Source: Candidatus Amesbacteria bacterium GW2011_GWB1_47_19
GTDB lineage: Bacteria; Patescibacteriota; Microgenomatia; CAZETR01; Amesbacteraceae
Direction of reading: 5' to 3'
Assembly: GCA_001002325.1 (NCBI GenBank)
Contig: LCNZ01000007.1
Span: 26,763 to 90,762 of the forward strand
DNA: 64,000 bases
The notes under the pieces are model-generated. The model was not told where the DNA came from. It ran no database searches and saw only the letters and a program-made list of their open reading frames with translations. The translations under genes were made by a program, and so were the position numbers. Positions 56,693-64,000 of this stretch are shown one piece after another. Numbering within the stretch: position 1 is the first letter of the stretch; each line of letters begins with the position of its first letter.

Positions 56693-58399
56693 ATGACATT
56701 TCCGGAGCTGGCAGAGTGTTTGGAGGAATTGGAGAAGACGGGATCAAGATTGGAAATGACCAGGTTGCTGGCGGAATTATACAAAAAGGTAACCCCCTAT
56801 GAAGGAAGGCTGGTGGCATACCTAAGCCAGGGAAGACTAGGACCGGCTTACAACAATCCGAATTTCGGAGTGGCGGACAAAATGATGGTACGGGTACTGG
56901 GACCTGAAGCGGAAAAACTGTTTAAGCAATTGGGGGATTTGGGCATGGTGGCGGAAAAACTCAAAGCTCAAAACCCCAAATCCAAATCAAATTCAAAAAT
57001 CAAAATTCAAAAAGTGTACGGGTTACTAAAGGAAATTGCCGGTGAGGGGGGAGCCGGGAGTCAGGAGAAAAAACTGGAATTGATAAAGATTTTACTGTCG
57101 GATTTAGGCCCGTTGGAAGCAAAATACGCGACGAAAATGATATTGGGGAAATTAAGGTCCGGTTTTTCGGATATGACGGTGTTAGACAGCCTGTCGTGGA
57201 TGGTAACCGGGGATAAATCATTAAGAAAGGAAATTGAAAGGGTTTACAATGTCAGAGCGGACTTGGGAGAGGTAGTGCGGTTGGTGAAAGAGGCGGGGAG
57301 CGGTGAGAAAATCAAGAAGCTAGAGGTTGAACCGGTGTGGGGAACACCCGTGCTTGTAGCCAGAGCGGAGCGGGCTAAAACCATAGCCGAGATTTGGAAG
57401 AGGAATGGGGAAAGTGTTGCCGAACACAAGCTGGACGGATTGAGAATTCAGGCGCATGTTTCCAAATCACAGGTGAAATTATTTTCCAGAGGCCTGGAGG
57501 ATGTGACGGCGATGTATCCGGATATTGCAGAAGGATTACTTAAACAAGTCCATACCACATGCATTTTGGACGGGGAGATGATAGCCCTGGACGGCAGAGG
57601 CAGATACCTGCCGTTTCAGGAGACTGCACAGCGGAAACGCAAGTACGGGATTACGGAAATGATACGGAACGTGCCTCTGAAATATTTTGTTTTTGACTTG
57701 TTGATGGCTAACGGTAAAAGTTTGTTGGAGGAGGCAAATAGTGAGAGGTGGAGCAGGCTTGAGAAAATCATAGGGGTCGGAGGTATTGTTAAATTAATTC
57801 CCCGCAGAGTTGTCAAGTCAGAAGCCGAAATCGGGAAATTTTTTGAGGATTCGCTAAGAGAGGGGACGGAGGGAATAATGGTGAAAAGAGCGGAAGGGAG
57901 ATATCAATCCGGATCCAGGGACTTTAATTGGATAAAGTATAAAAAAAGTTATGATGCGAGCGGGATGGCGGATACCATTGATGCGGTAGTGCTGGGTTAT
58001 GATGCTGGGGAGGGTAAACGTTCCGGTTTTGGAATCGGGGGATTTTTGATAGGGGTAAAAGGGGACGGGTCCGATAAATATTTGACAATCGCAAAAATTG
58101 GAACCGGCCTGAAGGATGACGAGTGGAGAGAGCTGAAGAGACGGTGTGAAGAAATTAAACTTTTGGAAAAACCCGACAATTACGAGGTGGGGAAGCAGAT
58201 GGGATGTGATGTCTGGGTCAGGCCGAAAATCGTGGTGGAAATAAAAGCGGATGAAATAACCAAGTCTCCGATGCACACATCCAAACTGGCCCTGAGATTT
58301 CCCAGACTGGTAAGTTTCAGAGATATGAAAATCGAGGATGCGACCAGCATGAAAGAAATTGAGCGGCTATATAAATTACAAAAAGAAGGAGGTGATTGA
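56693..58399 (+). CDS. ATP-dependent DNA ligase (archaeal/eukaryotic-type) with in-frame repeat insertion
   Basis: 'EHKLDGLRIQAHV' KxDG adenylation motif and an OB domain; insertion 'KAQNPKSKSNSKIKIQK'. Confidence 0.8.
   Translation: MTFPELAECLEELEKTGSRLEMTRLLAELYKKVTPYEGRLVAYLSQGRLGPAYNNPNFGVADKMMVRVLGPEAEKLFKQLGDLGMVAEKLKAQNPKSKSNSKIKIQKVYGLLKEIAGEGGAGSQEKKLELIKILLSDLGPLEAKYATKMILGKLRSGFSDMTVLDSLSWMVTGDKSLRKEIERVYNVRADLGEVVRLVKEAGSGEKIKKLEVEPVWGTPVLVARAERAKTIAEIWKRNGESVAEHKLDGLRIQAHVSKSQVKLFSRGLEDVTAMYPDIAEGLLKQVHTTCILDGEMIALDGRGRYLPFQETAQRKRKYGITEMIRNVPLKYFVFDLLMANGKSLLEEANSERWSRLEKIIGVGGIVKLIPRRVVKSEAEIGKFFEDSLREGTEGIMVKRAEGRYQSGSRDFNWIKYKKSYDASGMADTIDAVVLGYDAGEGKRSGFGIGGFLIGVKGDGSDKYLTIAKIGTGLKDDEWRELKRRCEEIKLLEKPDNYEVGKQMGCDVWVRPKIVVEIKADEITKSPMHTSKLALRFPRLVSFRDMKIEDATSMKEIERLYKLQKEGGD
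56958..57013. repeat. AAATTCAAA-type repeat, in frame in the ligase gene
   Basis: aactcaaagctcaaaaccccaaatccaaatcaaattcaaaaatcaaaattcaaaaa. Confidence 0.7.
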
Positions 58400-58421
58400 G
58401 TTGGCAAAAGGAGTGATTAAT

Positions 58422-58742
58422 ATGGAACCAAACTCCGCTGGAGCTTTGTGTTACGCGCCTTTGATCGGCCCGGTGGCAGCAATAGTATTCCTGCTTTTGG
58501 AGAAGAATCAGGCTGTCAGGTGGCATGCGGTACAGGCATTGCTCCTCACGATCGGGATGATGGTGGCGACCTCCGCCCTGAGGATCACCATTTTTCTGGG
58601 AGTGTTTATTCCCATAGTCTGGCTGGCCGGTCTGATAACGCAGCTGGTGCTGGTGATAAAGACTTATCAGGGGCAAAAAATCAGGTTACCGTATCTGGGG
58701 GAGTGGTCGGACAAATTACTGAAAAAAACTAAGAATGTCTGA
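58422..58742 (+). CDS. Small membrane protein (DUF4870-like)
   Basis: ATG at 58422 with an upstream AAGGAG; 'ALCYAPLIGPVAAIVFLLLEKNQAVRWHAVQAL' and two TM helices. Confidence 0.45.
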   Translation: MEPNSAGALCYAPLIGPVAAIVFLLLEKNQAVRWHAVQALLLTIGMMVATSALRITIFLGVFIPIVWLAGLITQLVLVIKTYQGQKIRLPYLGEWSDKLLKKTKNV

Positions 58743-59352
58743 TCCGGCTGGCATGCAGGAAATCATCCGGCAATACGGGGTGTCGGACAGGCGGGTGTTG
58801 GAAGCAATGGCCGGCGTAGACCGGGCTGAGTTTGCGGGAGAGGAAAATAAATCCAGGGCGTACGAAGATACGGCTTTACCGATAGGGCATGATCAGTGGA
58901 TTTCACAACCCTATACTGTTGCCAGGATGCTGGAGCTATTAATTTTCAATTTTCAATTTTCAATTTTCAATTCAAAAGTGTTGGAGATCGGGACGGGGAG
59001 TGGATGGCAGACTGCCTTGCTGGCGAAACTGTTTAAACGGGTGTATTCCATAGAAATTGTGCCAGAGTTGGCCCGGCTGGCAGAAATGAGAATTGAGAAA
59101 TCAGATCTGAGAAATGTCAAAATAAAAATCGGGGACGGGAAGGAAGGCTGGAAGAAGTACGCGCCGTATGAGGCGATCATTTGCGGGGCGGACGCTGAGG
59201 AAGTACCGGGGGCATGGATGGAGCAATTGGCGGCCGGGGGAAGGATTGTGACACCGGTAAGGGGAGTGATGACCAGGGTTACAAAAATTCGAAATCCCAA
59301 AAACTTCAAAACGGAGAAGTTTGAGAATTACGTATTTGTGCCTCTGGTGTAG
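58735..59352 (+). CDS. pcm: Protein-L-isoaspartate O-methyltransferase with in-frame repeat insertion
   Basis: 'ISQPYTVARMLELL' and 'VLEIGTGSGWQTALLA' SAM motif; insertion 'IFNFQFSIFNS'. Confidence 0.8.
   Translation: MSDPAGMQEIIRQYGVSDRRVLEAMAGVDRAEFAGEENKSRAYEDTALPIGHDQWISQPYTVARMLELLIFNFQFSIFNSKVLEIGTGSGWQTALLAKLFKRVYSIEIVPELARLAEMRIEKSDLRNVKIKIGDGKEGWKKYAPYEAIICGADAEEVPGAWMEQLAAGGRIVTPVRGVMTRVTKIRNPKNFKTEKFENYVFVPLV
58940..58977. repeat. (AATTTTC)x4 tandem, in frame in pcm
   Basis: ttaattttcaattttcaattttcaattttcaattcaaa. Confidence 0.8.
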
Positions 59353-59387
59353 GGGATTGAATATTTTCCGGGTTGTGATACAAATGA

Positions 59388-59630
59388 GTGAAGATGTCAA
59401 GATCTTTGGTTGAAGGAGATAAAATGGCAGCCCGGTTAGAAGCTCAGCAGCAGAGGGCAAGGGATTTGTTCAGAAAATTTGGAGGGGAGGGAGATTTTTA
59501 TGAGGTAGCAGCTATTATTGATGGAGGAAACGGAACTTTAGTACAAAAACAATTAATTAATCGGGTGAGAGAGAAATTACTACCTCCAAGTTTCTTATTG
59601 GCGGCACAGGTGAGGGGAATGCTGCATTAG
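59388..59630 (+). CDS. Hypothetical protein
   Basis: 80 aa ORF between pcm and pth. Confidence 0.25.
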   Translation: MKMSRSLVEGDKMAARLEAQQQRARDLFRKFGGEGDFYEVAAIIDGGNGTLVQKQLINRVREKLLPPSFLLAAQVRGMLH

Positions 59631-59669
59631 GCAGAGGTGCGGGTTAAATTGGGAGTGCGGTAAAATGAT

Positions 59670-60224
59670 ATGGTGAAGATAATATTGGGACTGGGTAATC
59701 CGGGGGTGGAATATGCGGGGACGAGGCATAACTGCGGCGTACTGTTGGTAGACCGAATTTTCAATTTACTATTTCGAGGTCAAGGATCTCGCGCTTCGCG
59801 ATCAATTTTCAATGACGGCTATGGGTGGAGGAGAACCAAGGACATTTTTTTGGCTGAGTTTCCGGATCTGGTACTGGTGAAAACCGCAGGGTTGTTTATG
59901 AATGAATCTGGCAAAATGATTCATGACTTAAAATTCAAGAATTATGATTTCGGGAATCTATTTGTTGCGCACGACGACCTCGATATTAAACTGGGAGAAT
60001 ATAAAATTCAGAAGGGGGTGGGGCCGAAGGAACATAACGGGGTTTTGTCGGTGGAGCAAGCGTTGGGGACAAAGGAGTTTTGGAGAGTCAGAATTGGGAT
60101 AGAAAACCGGCAGCTTGCGGTTGATGGGGAAACATATGTATTACAGAGATTTAGCCCGGAAGAAAAGGAAATAATTGAAAGTATGATCGAGAAAGCCGCC
60201 CGGGAATTGACAGCGGGCCTATAA
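59670..60224 (+). CDS. pth: Peptidyl-tRNA hydrolase with in-frame repeat insertion
   Basis: 'ILGLGNPGVEYAGTRHNCG' matches the Pth N-terminus (catalytic His); insertion 'FNLLFRGQGSRASRSIFN'. Confidence 0.8.
   Translation: MVKIILGLGNPGVEYAGTRHNCGVLLVDRIFNLLFRGQGSRASRSIFNDGYGWRRTKDIFLAEFPDLVLVKTAGLFMNESGKMIHDLKFKNYDFGNLFVAHDDLDIKLGEYKIQKGVGPKEHNGVLSVEQALGTKEFWRVRIGIENRQLAVDGETYVLQRFSPEEKEIIESMIEKAARELTAGL
59756..59815. repeat. AATTTTC-type repeat with GC hairpin core (gatctcgcgcttcgcgatc), in frame in pth
   Basis: gaattttcaatttactatttcgaggtcaaggatctcgcgcttcgcgatcaattttcaatg. Confidence 0.75.
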
Positions 60225-60233
60225 TATCCTTAC

Positions 60234-60557
60234 ATGAAACCGGAAGACAGACAGGAATTGATAGATACAGGCAGACAGTTGTCGATGTGGATTACGCCGG
60301 GGGTGTTGCAGGTTAAGGATCAACCTACGGGGAAAGCGGATTGGTATTGGAATAAAATGGCCTGGAAGACATCGGCAGCCCGGGCGTTAGCGTCTGTTAC
60401 CCTGGCTATCGGTTTTTGGGAATTCGGAGTGTGGAATGAGGGTGCGAACTGGGATCCCAATATTTGGATGAGGGGATTGATCGGAATAGGAATTATTACC
60501 GCAATGGACTTTCTGCTAACGACCGGCAAAGTGCTGGGGGTCCAGCTGAGAAAATAA
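60234..60557 (+). CDS. Membrane protein, hypothetical
   Basis: 107 aa with two TM helices. Confidence 0.35.
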   Translation: MKPEDRQELIDTGRQLSMWITPGVLQVKDQPTGKADWYWNKMAWKTSAARALASVTLAIGFWEFGVWNEGANWDPNIWMRGLIGIGIITAMDFLLTTGKVLGVQLRK

Positions 60558-60584
60558 CTACCAGGAATGAAGTAAAATCGGGGA

Positions 60585-60884
60585 GTGAAGTCACTGAGAC
60601 AAATACTGGATGACAAACAGGCAGAGGAGAAGAATAAGTATATTTCCCGGGAATACCAGGATTACGGGTACCGGCTGGCGATGGAACTCGGAGATGAAAA
60701 ACATAAAGCCCTATACATAAAACTGGCTAAAGAAACGGACAGGGCAATATTGGAGTCGGCCAGAAGATATGCCATTGATAGTAATGCAGATAATAAGGGA
60801 GCGCTATTCATGTGGAGGCTGAATAACCTGAGAATAAAAGCGGCTTTGACAAGGCGGCAGAATTTGGGGCATACTAAGGAGTAA
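60585..60884 (+). CDS. Hypothetical protein
   Basis: 99 aa ORF. Confidence 0.3.
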   Translation: MKSLRQILDDKQAEEKNKYISREYQDYGYRLAMELGDEKHKALYIKLAKETDRAILESARRYAIDSNADNKGALFMWRLNNLRIKAALTRRQNLGHTKE

Positions 60885-61438
60885 TGAAGGTCAAGTGGGG
60901 AGAGTGGGGTTACAGGGTTTTTCCGGTGGTGATTCTGCTGTTGCTCCGGGTTTTGCTGGATTTGGGGAAGATCGGGGGATGGGGTTTTTGGCTGGGAAAC
61001 GTGCTGCTGGCTGCTGGCTGGATAATCGGGTGGATGATGGCGGAAGGCGACCACCTGATGTACGCACTGGTTTGCGATCCCAGCAGCCCGACCTGCAGTA
61101 TGGTTCGGACATACATGTCCAAAGGACAATGGCGGATGGCATGGAAAACTCTGGAGGCTACGAAAGCAGAGAGAACAAAGCTGCCGATACGAAATATGCT
61201 GTCGGTGTTGGTGGTGACGGGTGTGGGCCTGTGGGTGATAACGTCCAGTGGCAGTTTTTTGGGTTCCGGAGTCGTATTGGGTTTGTGTACCCGATTGCTT
61301 TTGGATTTGTGGAAAGAAACCGATTATAGGAAATGGTACTGGGTGTTTGCCAGGGAATTTTCGAAGACGGAGCATCGGGGATTGACGGCGGCAGTGGCGG
61401 CGGCAGTGGCGGTACAATTTCTGATGGTGTTAAGATAA
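60884..61438 (+). CDS. Integral membrane protein, hypothetical
   Basis: 184 aa with 4-5 TM helices. Confidence 0.4.
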   Translation: MKVKWGEWGYRVFPVVILLLLRVLLDLGKIGGWGFWLGNVLLAAGWIIGWMMAEGDHLMYALVCDPSSPTCSMVRTYMSKGQWRMAWKTLEATKAERTKLPIRNMLSVLVVTGVGLWVITSSGSFLGSGVVLGLCTRLLLDLWKETDYRKWYWVFAREFSKTEHRGLTAAVAAAVAVQFLMVLR

Positions 61439-61445
61439 TGCGATC

Positions 61446-62201
61446 ATGAGTTTGCTGGGGTTGATTTTGTTCTGGTCTTTTATAGGAAGTGTAGCCAGTT
61501 TTTTGGGTGCTCTGGTGCTGGTGGAAAGAAAGCGTCCGTTTACTCATGCCCAGACACTTTTGATAATTTCATTTGCCGCAGGGGTTTTGCTGGCGACGGT
61601 GTTTTTTGATCTGCTACCGGAAGCAGCGGCATATACCGGGGGAGTGGTCTGGGGCGGGGTGCTGGGAGGAATAATATTCCTGTTCCTGTCGGAAAAGAGT
61701 TTGTTGTGGTTCCACCACCATGAGGAAGAATATGAAGGAGGGGAAGAAACTCCCTGGCTGATTACAGTGGGGGATACAATACATAATTTTATTGACGGGG
61801 TAGTGATAGCCGCGGCATTTATGGTGGCAGTTCCGGTGGGAATTGTGACTTCCCTGGCGGTGGCCGCCCATGAAATACCTCATGAGATTGCGGATTTCGG
61901 GTTGCTGTTGTCCAAGGGGTGGAGTAAGAGAAAAACCATTCTGCTGAATATTGCGAGTGCGGCGTCATCTCTGGTCGGGGCACTGCTGTTGTTTACGTTG
62001 GGGAGCCGGGTGGAAGGGTGGCTGCCGCACCTGCTGTCCTTTTCGGGGGGAATGTTTATTTATTTGGCGTGTTCGGATCTGATTCCGGAATTGCATCATT
62101 GCCATGGGGAAGATTGTGATTTGAAAAAAAACTGGTGGCAAATACCGGCTTTTCTGGGAGGAATATTGGTTGTTTGGACATTGGTTAAGATATTGGAATA
62201 G
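61446..62201 (+). CDS. ZIP-family metal (Zn/Fe) transporter
   Basis: 'HEIPHEIADFGLL' ZIP signature, multiple TM helices, and an 'HHHEEEYEGGE' metal-binding loop. Confidence 0.75.
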   Translation: MSLLGLILFWSFIGSVASFLGALVLVERKRPFTHAQTLLIISFAAGVLLATVFFDLLPEAAAYTGGVVWGGVLGGIIFLFLSEKSLLWFHHHEEEYEGGEETPWLITVGDTIHNFIDGVVIAAAFMVAVPVGIVTSLAVAAHEIPHEIADFGLLLSKGWSKRKTILLNIASAASSLVGALLLFTLGSRVEGWLPHLLSFSGGMFIYLACSDLIPELHHCHGEDCDLKKNWWQIPAFLGGILVVWTLVKILE

Positions 62202-62243
62202 TCATTGATTGCCTCAGCCGGGGTATGTTATACATATCATGCA

Positions 62244-62564
62244 ATGGCGGTGGTACATTTGACAAAAGCGGATTTTGGAGAGAAGACGAAGGGCGGAATG
62301 GCGATGGTGGATTTTTGGGCGGAATGGTGCGGACCATGCAAGATGGCAGCACCGGTGATCGAAGAACTGTCAAAAGAATATGAGGGTAAAGTGATGGTGG
62401 CCAAGGTGGATGTAGACGCAGAGCCGGATCTGGCCGGAAAATTCGGGGTGATGAGTATACCGACGGTGGTGTTACTCAGAGACGGGAAAGAAATCGCCAG
62501 GCAAGTGGGGTTTGCGGGGAAGCCGGGTTATGTGCAGCTTTTACAAAAAGCTGAAGCTGCGTAA
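62244..62564 (+). CDS. trxA: Thioredoxin
   Basis: 'WAEWCGPCK' active site; ~107 aa from ATG 62244. Confidence 0.85.
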   Translation: MAVVHLTKADFGEKTKGGMAMVDFWAEWCGPCKMAAPVIEELSKEYEGKVMVAKVDVDAEPDLAGKFGVMSIPTVVLLRDGKEIARQVGFAGKPGYVQLLQKAEAA

Positions 62565-62566
62565 TC

Positions 62567-63577
62567 TTGAATATGGACAATCTATTTGATGTGATTGTTG
62601 TAGGGAGCGGGCCGGCGGGACTGACGGCGGCGATTTATACATCCCGGGCTGATCTGAAGACGAAGGTGGTAGCCGGAAGCAAGTGGGGAGGACAATTGAT
62701 GCTGACAACCATGGTGGAAAATTATCCGGGATTTCCTGACGGAGTAATGGGACCGGAATTGATGGAGAGAATGCGCAAGCAGGCGGAAAGATTCGGTACA
62801 GTATTTGCGGACAAAGATGTGACAACTGTCGAGACCGGGGAAAAATTCTCCGTAAACATGGGGGGCGAAAAAGTTGAAGGGCGGTCGCTGCTGATTGCTA
62901 CGGGGGCGTTGACCAGGTGGATAGGAGTACCGGGTGAGGAAAAACTGATCGGGCGGGGAGTATCCACCTGTGCTCCGTGCGATGCGGCCTTTTTTAAAGG
63001 CAGAAAAGTGGCAGTAGTCGGAGGGGGAGACGCAGCGATGGAAGAAGCGCTGGTACTGACCAAGTTTGCCGAGGAAATTACCATAATCCACAGGAGAGAC
63101 GAGTTTAAAGCCAGTAAAATCATGCAGGACAGGGTACTAAACCACTTAAAAATTAGCGTGATGTGGAATACCGAGGTGGTCGAAGTATTGGGTGAAAGTA
63201 AAGTTGAGGGAGTGAGGCTGAAATCTCAAATTCCAAATCCCAAATCTCAAACAAATAAAAATTTTCAAAATCCGAAAAAGATCTCTGAGACAGCTTCGGA
63301 AATGGTGTGGGAAATGCAGGTTGACGGGGTGTTTGTAGCCATCGGGCATGCACCGGCATCGGAATTGTTCAAGGGGAAAGCGGAAACGGATGAAAAAGGG
63401 TTTATTTTAAGGGGTAAAAATGAAACTTACCGGACGATGACGAATATCCCGGGAGTGTTTGTGGCCGGGGATGTGCATGACGGAGTGTACAAGCAGGCGG
63501 TTACCGCCGCCGGGTACGGGTGTGAAGCAGCATTGGAAATTGAAAAGTGGTTGGAGGAGAAAGCTGTCACGGGTTGA
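62567..63577 (+). CDS. trxB: Thioredoxin-disulfide reductase with in-frame repeat insertion
   Basis: 'DVIVVGSGPAGLTAAIY', redox 'CAPCD' (CAxC) and NADPH-binding 'VVGGGDAAMEEA'; insertion 'SQIPNPKSQTNKNFQNPKKISETA'. Confidence 0.85.
   Translation: MNMDNLFDVIVVGSGPAGLTAAIYTSRADLKTKVVAGSKWGGQLMLTTMVENYPGFPDGVMGPELMERMRKQAERFGTVFADKDVTTVETGEKFSVNMGGEKVEGRSLLIATGALTRWIGVPGEEKLIGRGVSTCAPCDAAFFKGRKVAVVGGGDAAMEEALVLTKFAEEITIIHRRDEFKASKIMQDRVLNHLKISVMWNTEVVEVLGESKVEGVRLKSQIPNPKSQTNKNFQNPKKISETASEMVWEMQVDGVFVAIGHAPASELFKGKAETDEKGFILRGKNETYRTMTNIPGVFVAGDVHDGVYKQAVTAAGYGCEAALEIEKWLEEKAVTG
63215..63300. repeat. AAATTCAAA/TTTTCAA-type repeat element, in frame in trxB
   Basis: aaatctcaaattccaaatcccaaatctcaaacaaataaaaattttcaaaatccgaaaaagatctctgagacagcttcgga. 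Confidence 0.7.
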
Positions 63578-63611
63578 ATGAGGGGAGGTGTTTGTGTTAT
63601 AAAAAGTGGCT

Positions 63612-64000
63612 ATGGCGACGAGAAGAATTGTCAGAAAAGCGATGGAGTCTGAAGCGGAGCCGGTGATTCGAACACCGGTGATGCTGCAGAAAAGCTTTTG
63701 GGATAAGACCGGGCCTGTGCTGATGGTGGTGATGGTGGTAATGGCATTTGCACTGGGATCTTTGTGGAGTAAGGTCAAGTATCTGGAGAAAGGGGCGACG
63801 GGAAATACCACAGCCAATCAACCGCAGGTTCAACCACCTCCACCTCCGCAGGTTGAAATAACTTTGGATCAGGTTAAAAGCCTGTTTAAAGAGGGAAACA
63901 TCGTTTTCGGAGACAGCAGTAAGAAGGTGTTGTTTGTGGAAATTTCCGATCCCAGCTGTCCCTACTGTCACGCGGCCGGGGGTGTGAATACGGAAATATA
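63612..64000 (+). CDS. DsbA-like thiol:disulfide oxidoreductase (thioredoxin fold), 3'-partial
   Basis: ORF open to the window end; N-terminal TM helix and Pro-rich linker, then 'VLFVEISDPSCPYCH' with a CPYC active site. Confidence 0.55.
   Translation, partial: MATRRIVRKAMESEAEPVIRTPVMLQKSFWDKTGPVLMVVMVVMAFALGSLWSKVKYLEKGATGNTTANQPQVQPPPPPQVEITLDQVKSLFKEGNIVFGDSSKKVLFVEISDPSCPYCHAAGGVNTEI

Noticed and set aside
1-64000. CRISPR array or cas genes
   Set aside because: The only regularly spaced repeats are the AT-rich heptad, GAGATA and GTGTAAGAGT tracts. They are short, contiguous (no spacers) and in frame inside genes. No cas-like ORFs are present.

Overview
This window looks like a compact genome of the Candidate-Phyla-Radiation (Patescibacteria) type, with about 50% GC. 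Small genes are tightly packed, most of them on the + strand. Typical markers include archaeal-type glycolysis enzymes, a transketolase split into two genes, a B12-dependent ribonucleotide reductase, several toxin-antitoxin pairs and two class A penicillin-binding proteins.

Gene content (core metabolism and housekeeping):
- Sugar metabolism: archaeal-type tpiA, rpiB, pgk, gap, rpe, a class I (archaeal-type) fructose-bisphosphate aldolase, a PfkB-family kinase, and the transketolase N- and C-terminal genes.
- Cell envelope: uppP, two tandem class A PBPs, an FtsB-like protein, several glycosyltransferases (GT2, GT4, GT39/ArnT-like), a WbaP-like sugar transferase, and a ZIP metal transporter.
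- DNA repair and replication: a Pol I-type 5'-3' exonuclease, fpg, recF, and an ATP-dependent DNA ligase.
- nrdR followed by class II ribonucleotide reductase, with a putative NrdR box upstream and a PduO-type adenosyltransferase gene nearby.
- trpS, a Trbp111-like tRNA-binding protein, pth, pcm, trxA/trxB, and a partial DsbA-like gene at the window end.
- Four toxin-antitoxin pairs, plus a Fic protein.

Main finds:
1. A tRNA-Met(CAU) gene at 40449..40711 is interrupted by a 193-nt group I intron with no ORF. The intron sits in the anticodon loop after U33. P1, P10, P7/P7', P8, a P9 hairpin with GNRA loop and a terminal G can all be read directly from the sequence. Its acceptor stem resembles that of initiator tRNA-fMet.
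2. Directly next to that tRNA, on the opposite strand, lie two free-standing paralogous genes. Each encodes an N-terminal HTH fused to a LAGLIDADG-like domain. That domain shares a motif with the homing endonuclease inside the FtsH intein (finding 3). A second tRNA-Met(CAU), a tRNA with anticodon UAU, and a tyrosine recombinase are also in this locus.
3. ftsH (1048 aa) carries a 426-aa intein with a LAGLIDADG homing-endonuclease domain, inserted in the Walker A P-loop (GPSGVGK|C...HN|T).
4. Short AT-rich heptad repeats (AATTTTC / AAATTCA units) are inserted in frame into many conserved housekeeping genes. Some copies carry a GC-rich hairpin core. Affected genes include uppP, the transketolase C-terminal gene, the GT4 gene, recF, nnr, the DNA ligase, pcm, pth and trxB. 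A weaker copy lies in the PduO-type adenosyltransferase gene and another in the recF/nnr intergenic spacer. The pattern recalls Rickettsia palindromic elements.
5. A second family, (GAGATA)n, encodes EIEIEIE in frame in gap, a 2-hydroxyacid dehydrogenase and recF. A degenerate copy sits in the aldolase gene.
6. A third family, AGTGTAAGAGT, occurs in frame in two genes.

No CRISPR array and no rRNA gene were found.
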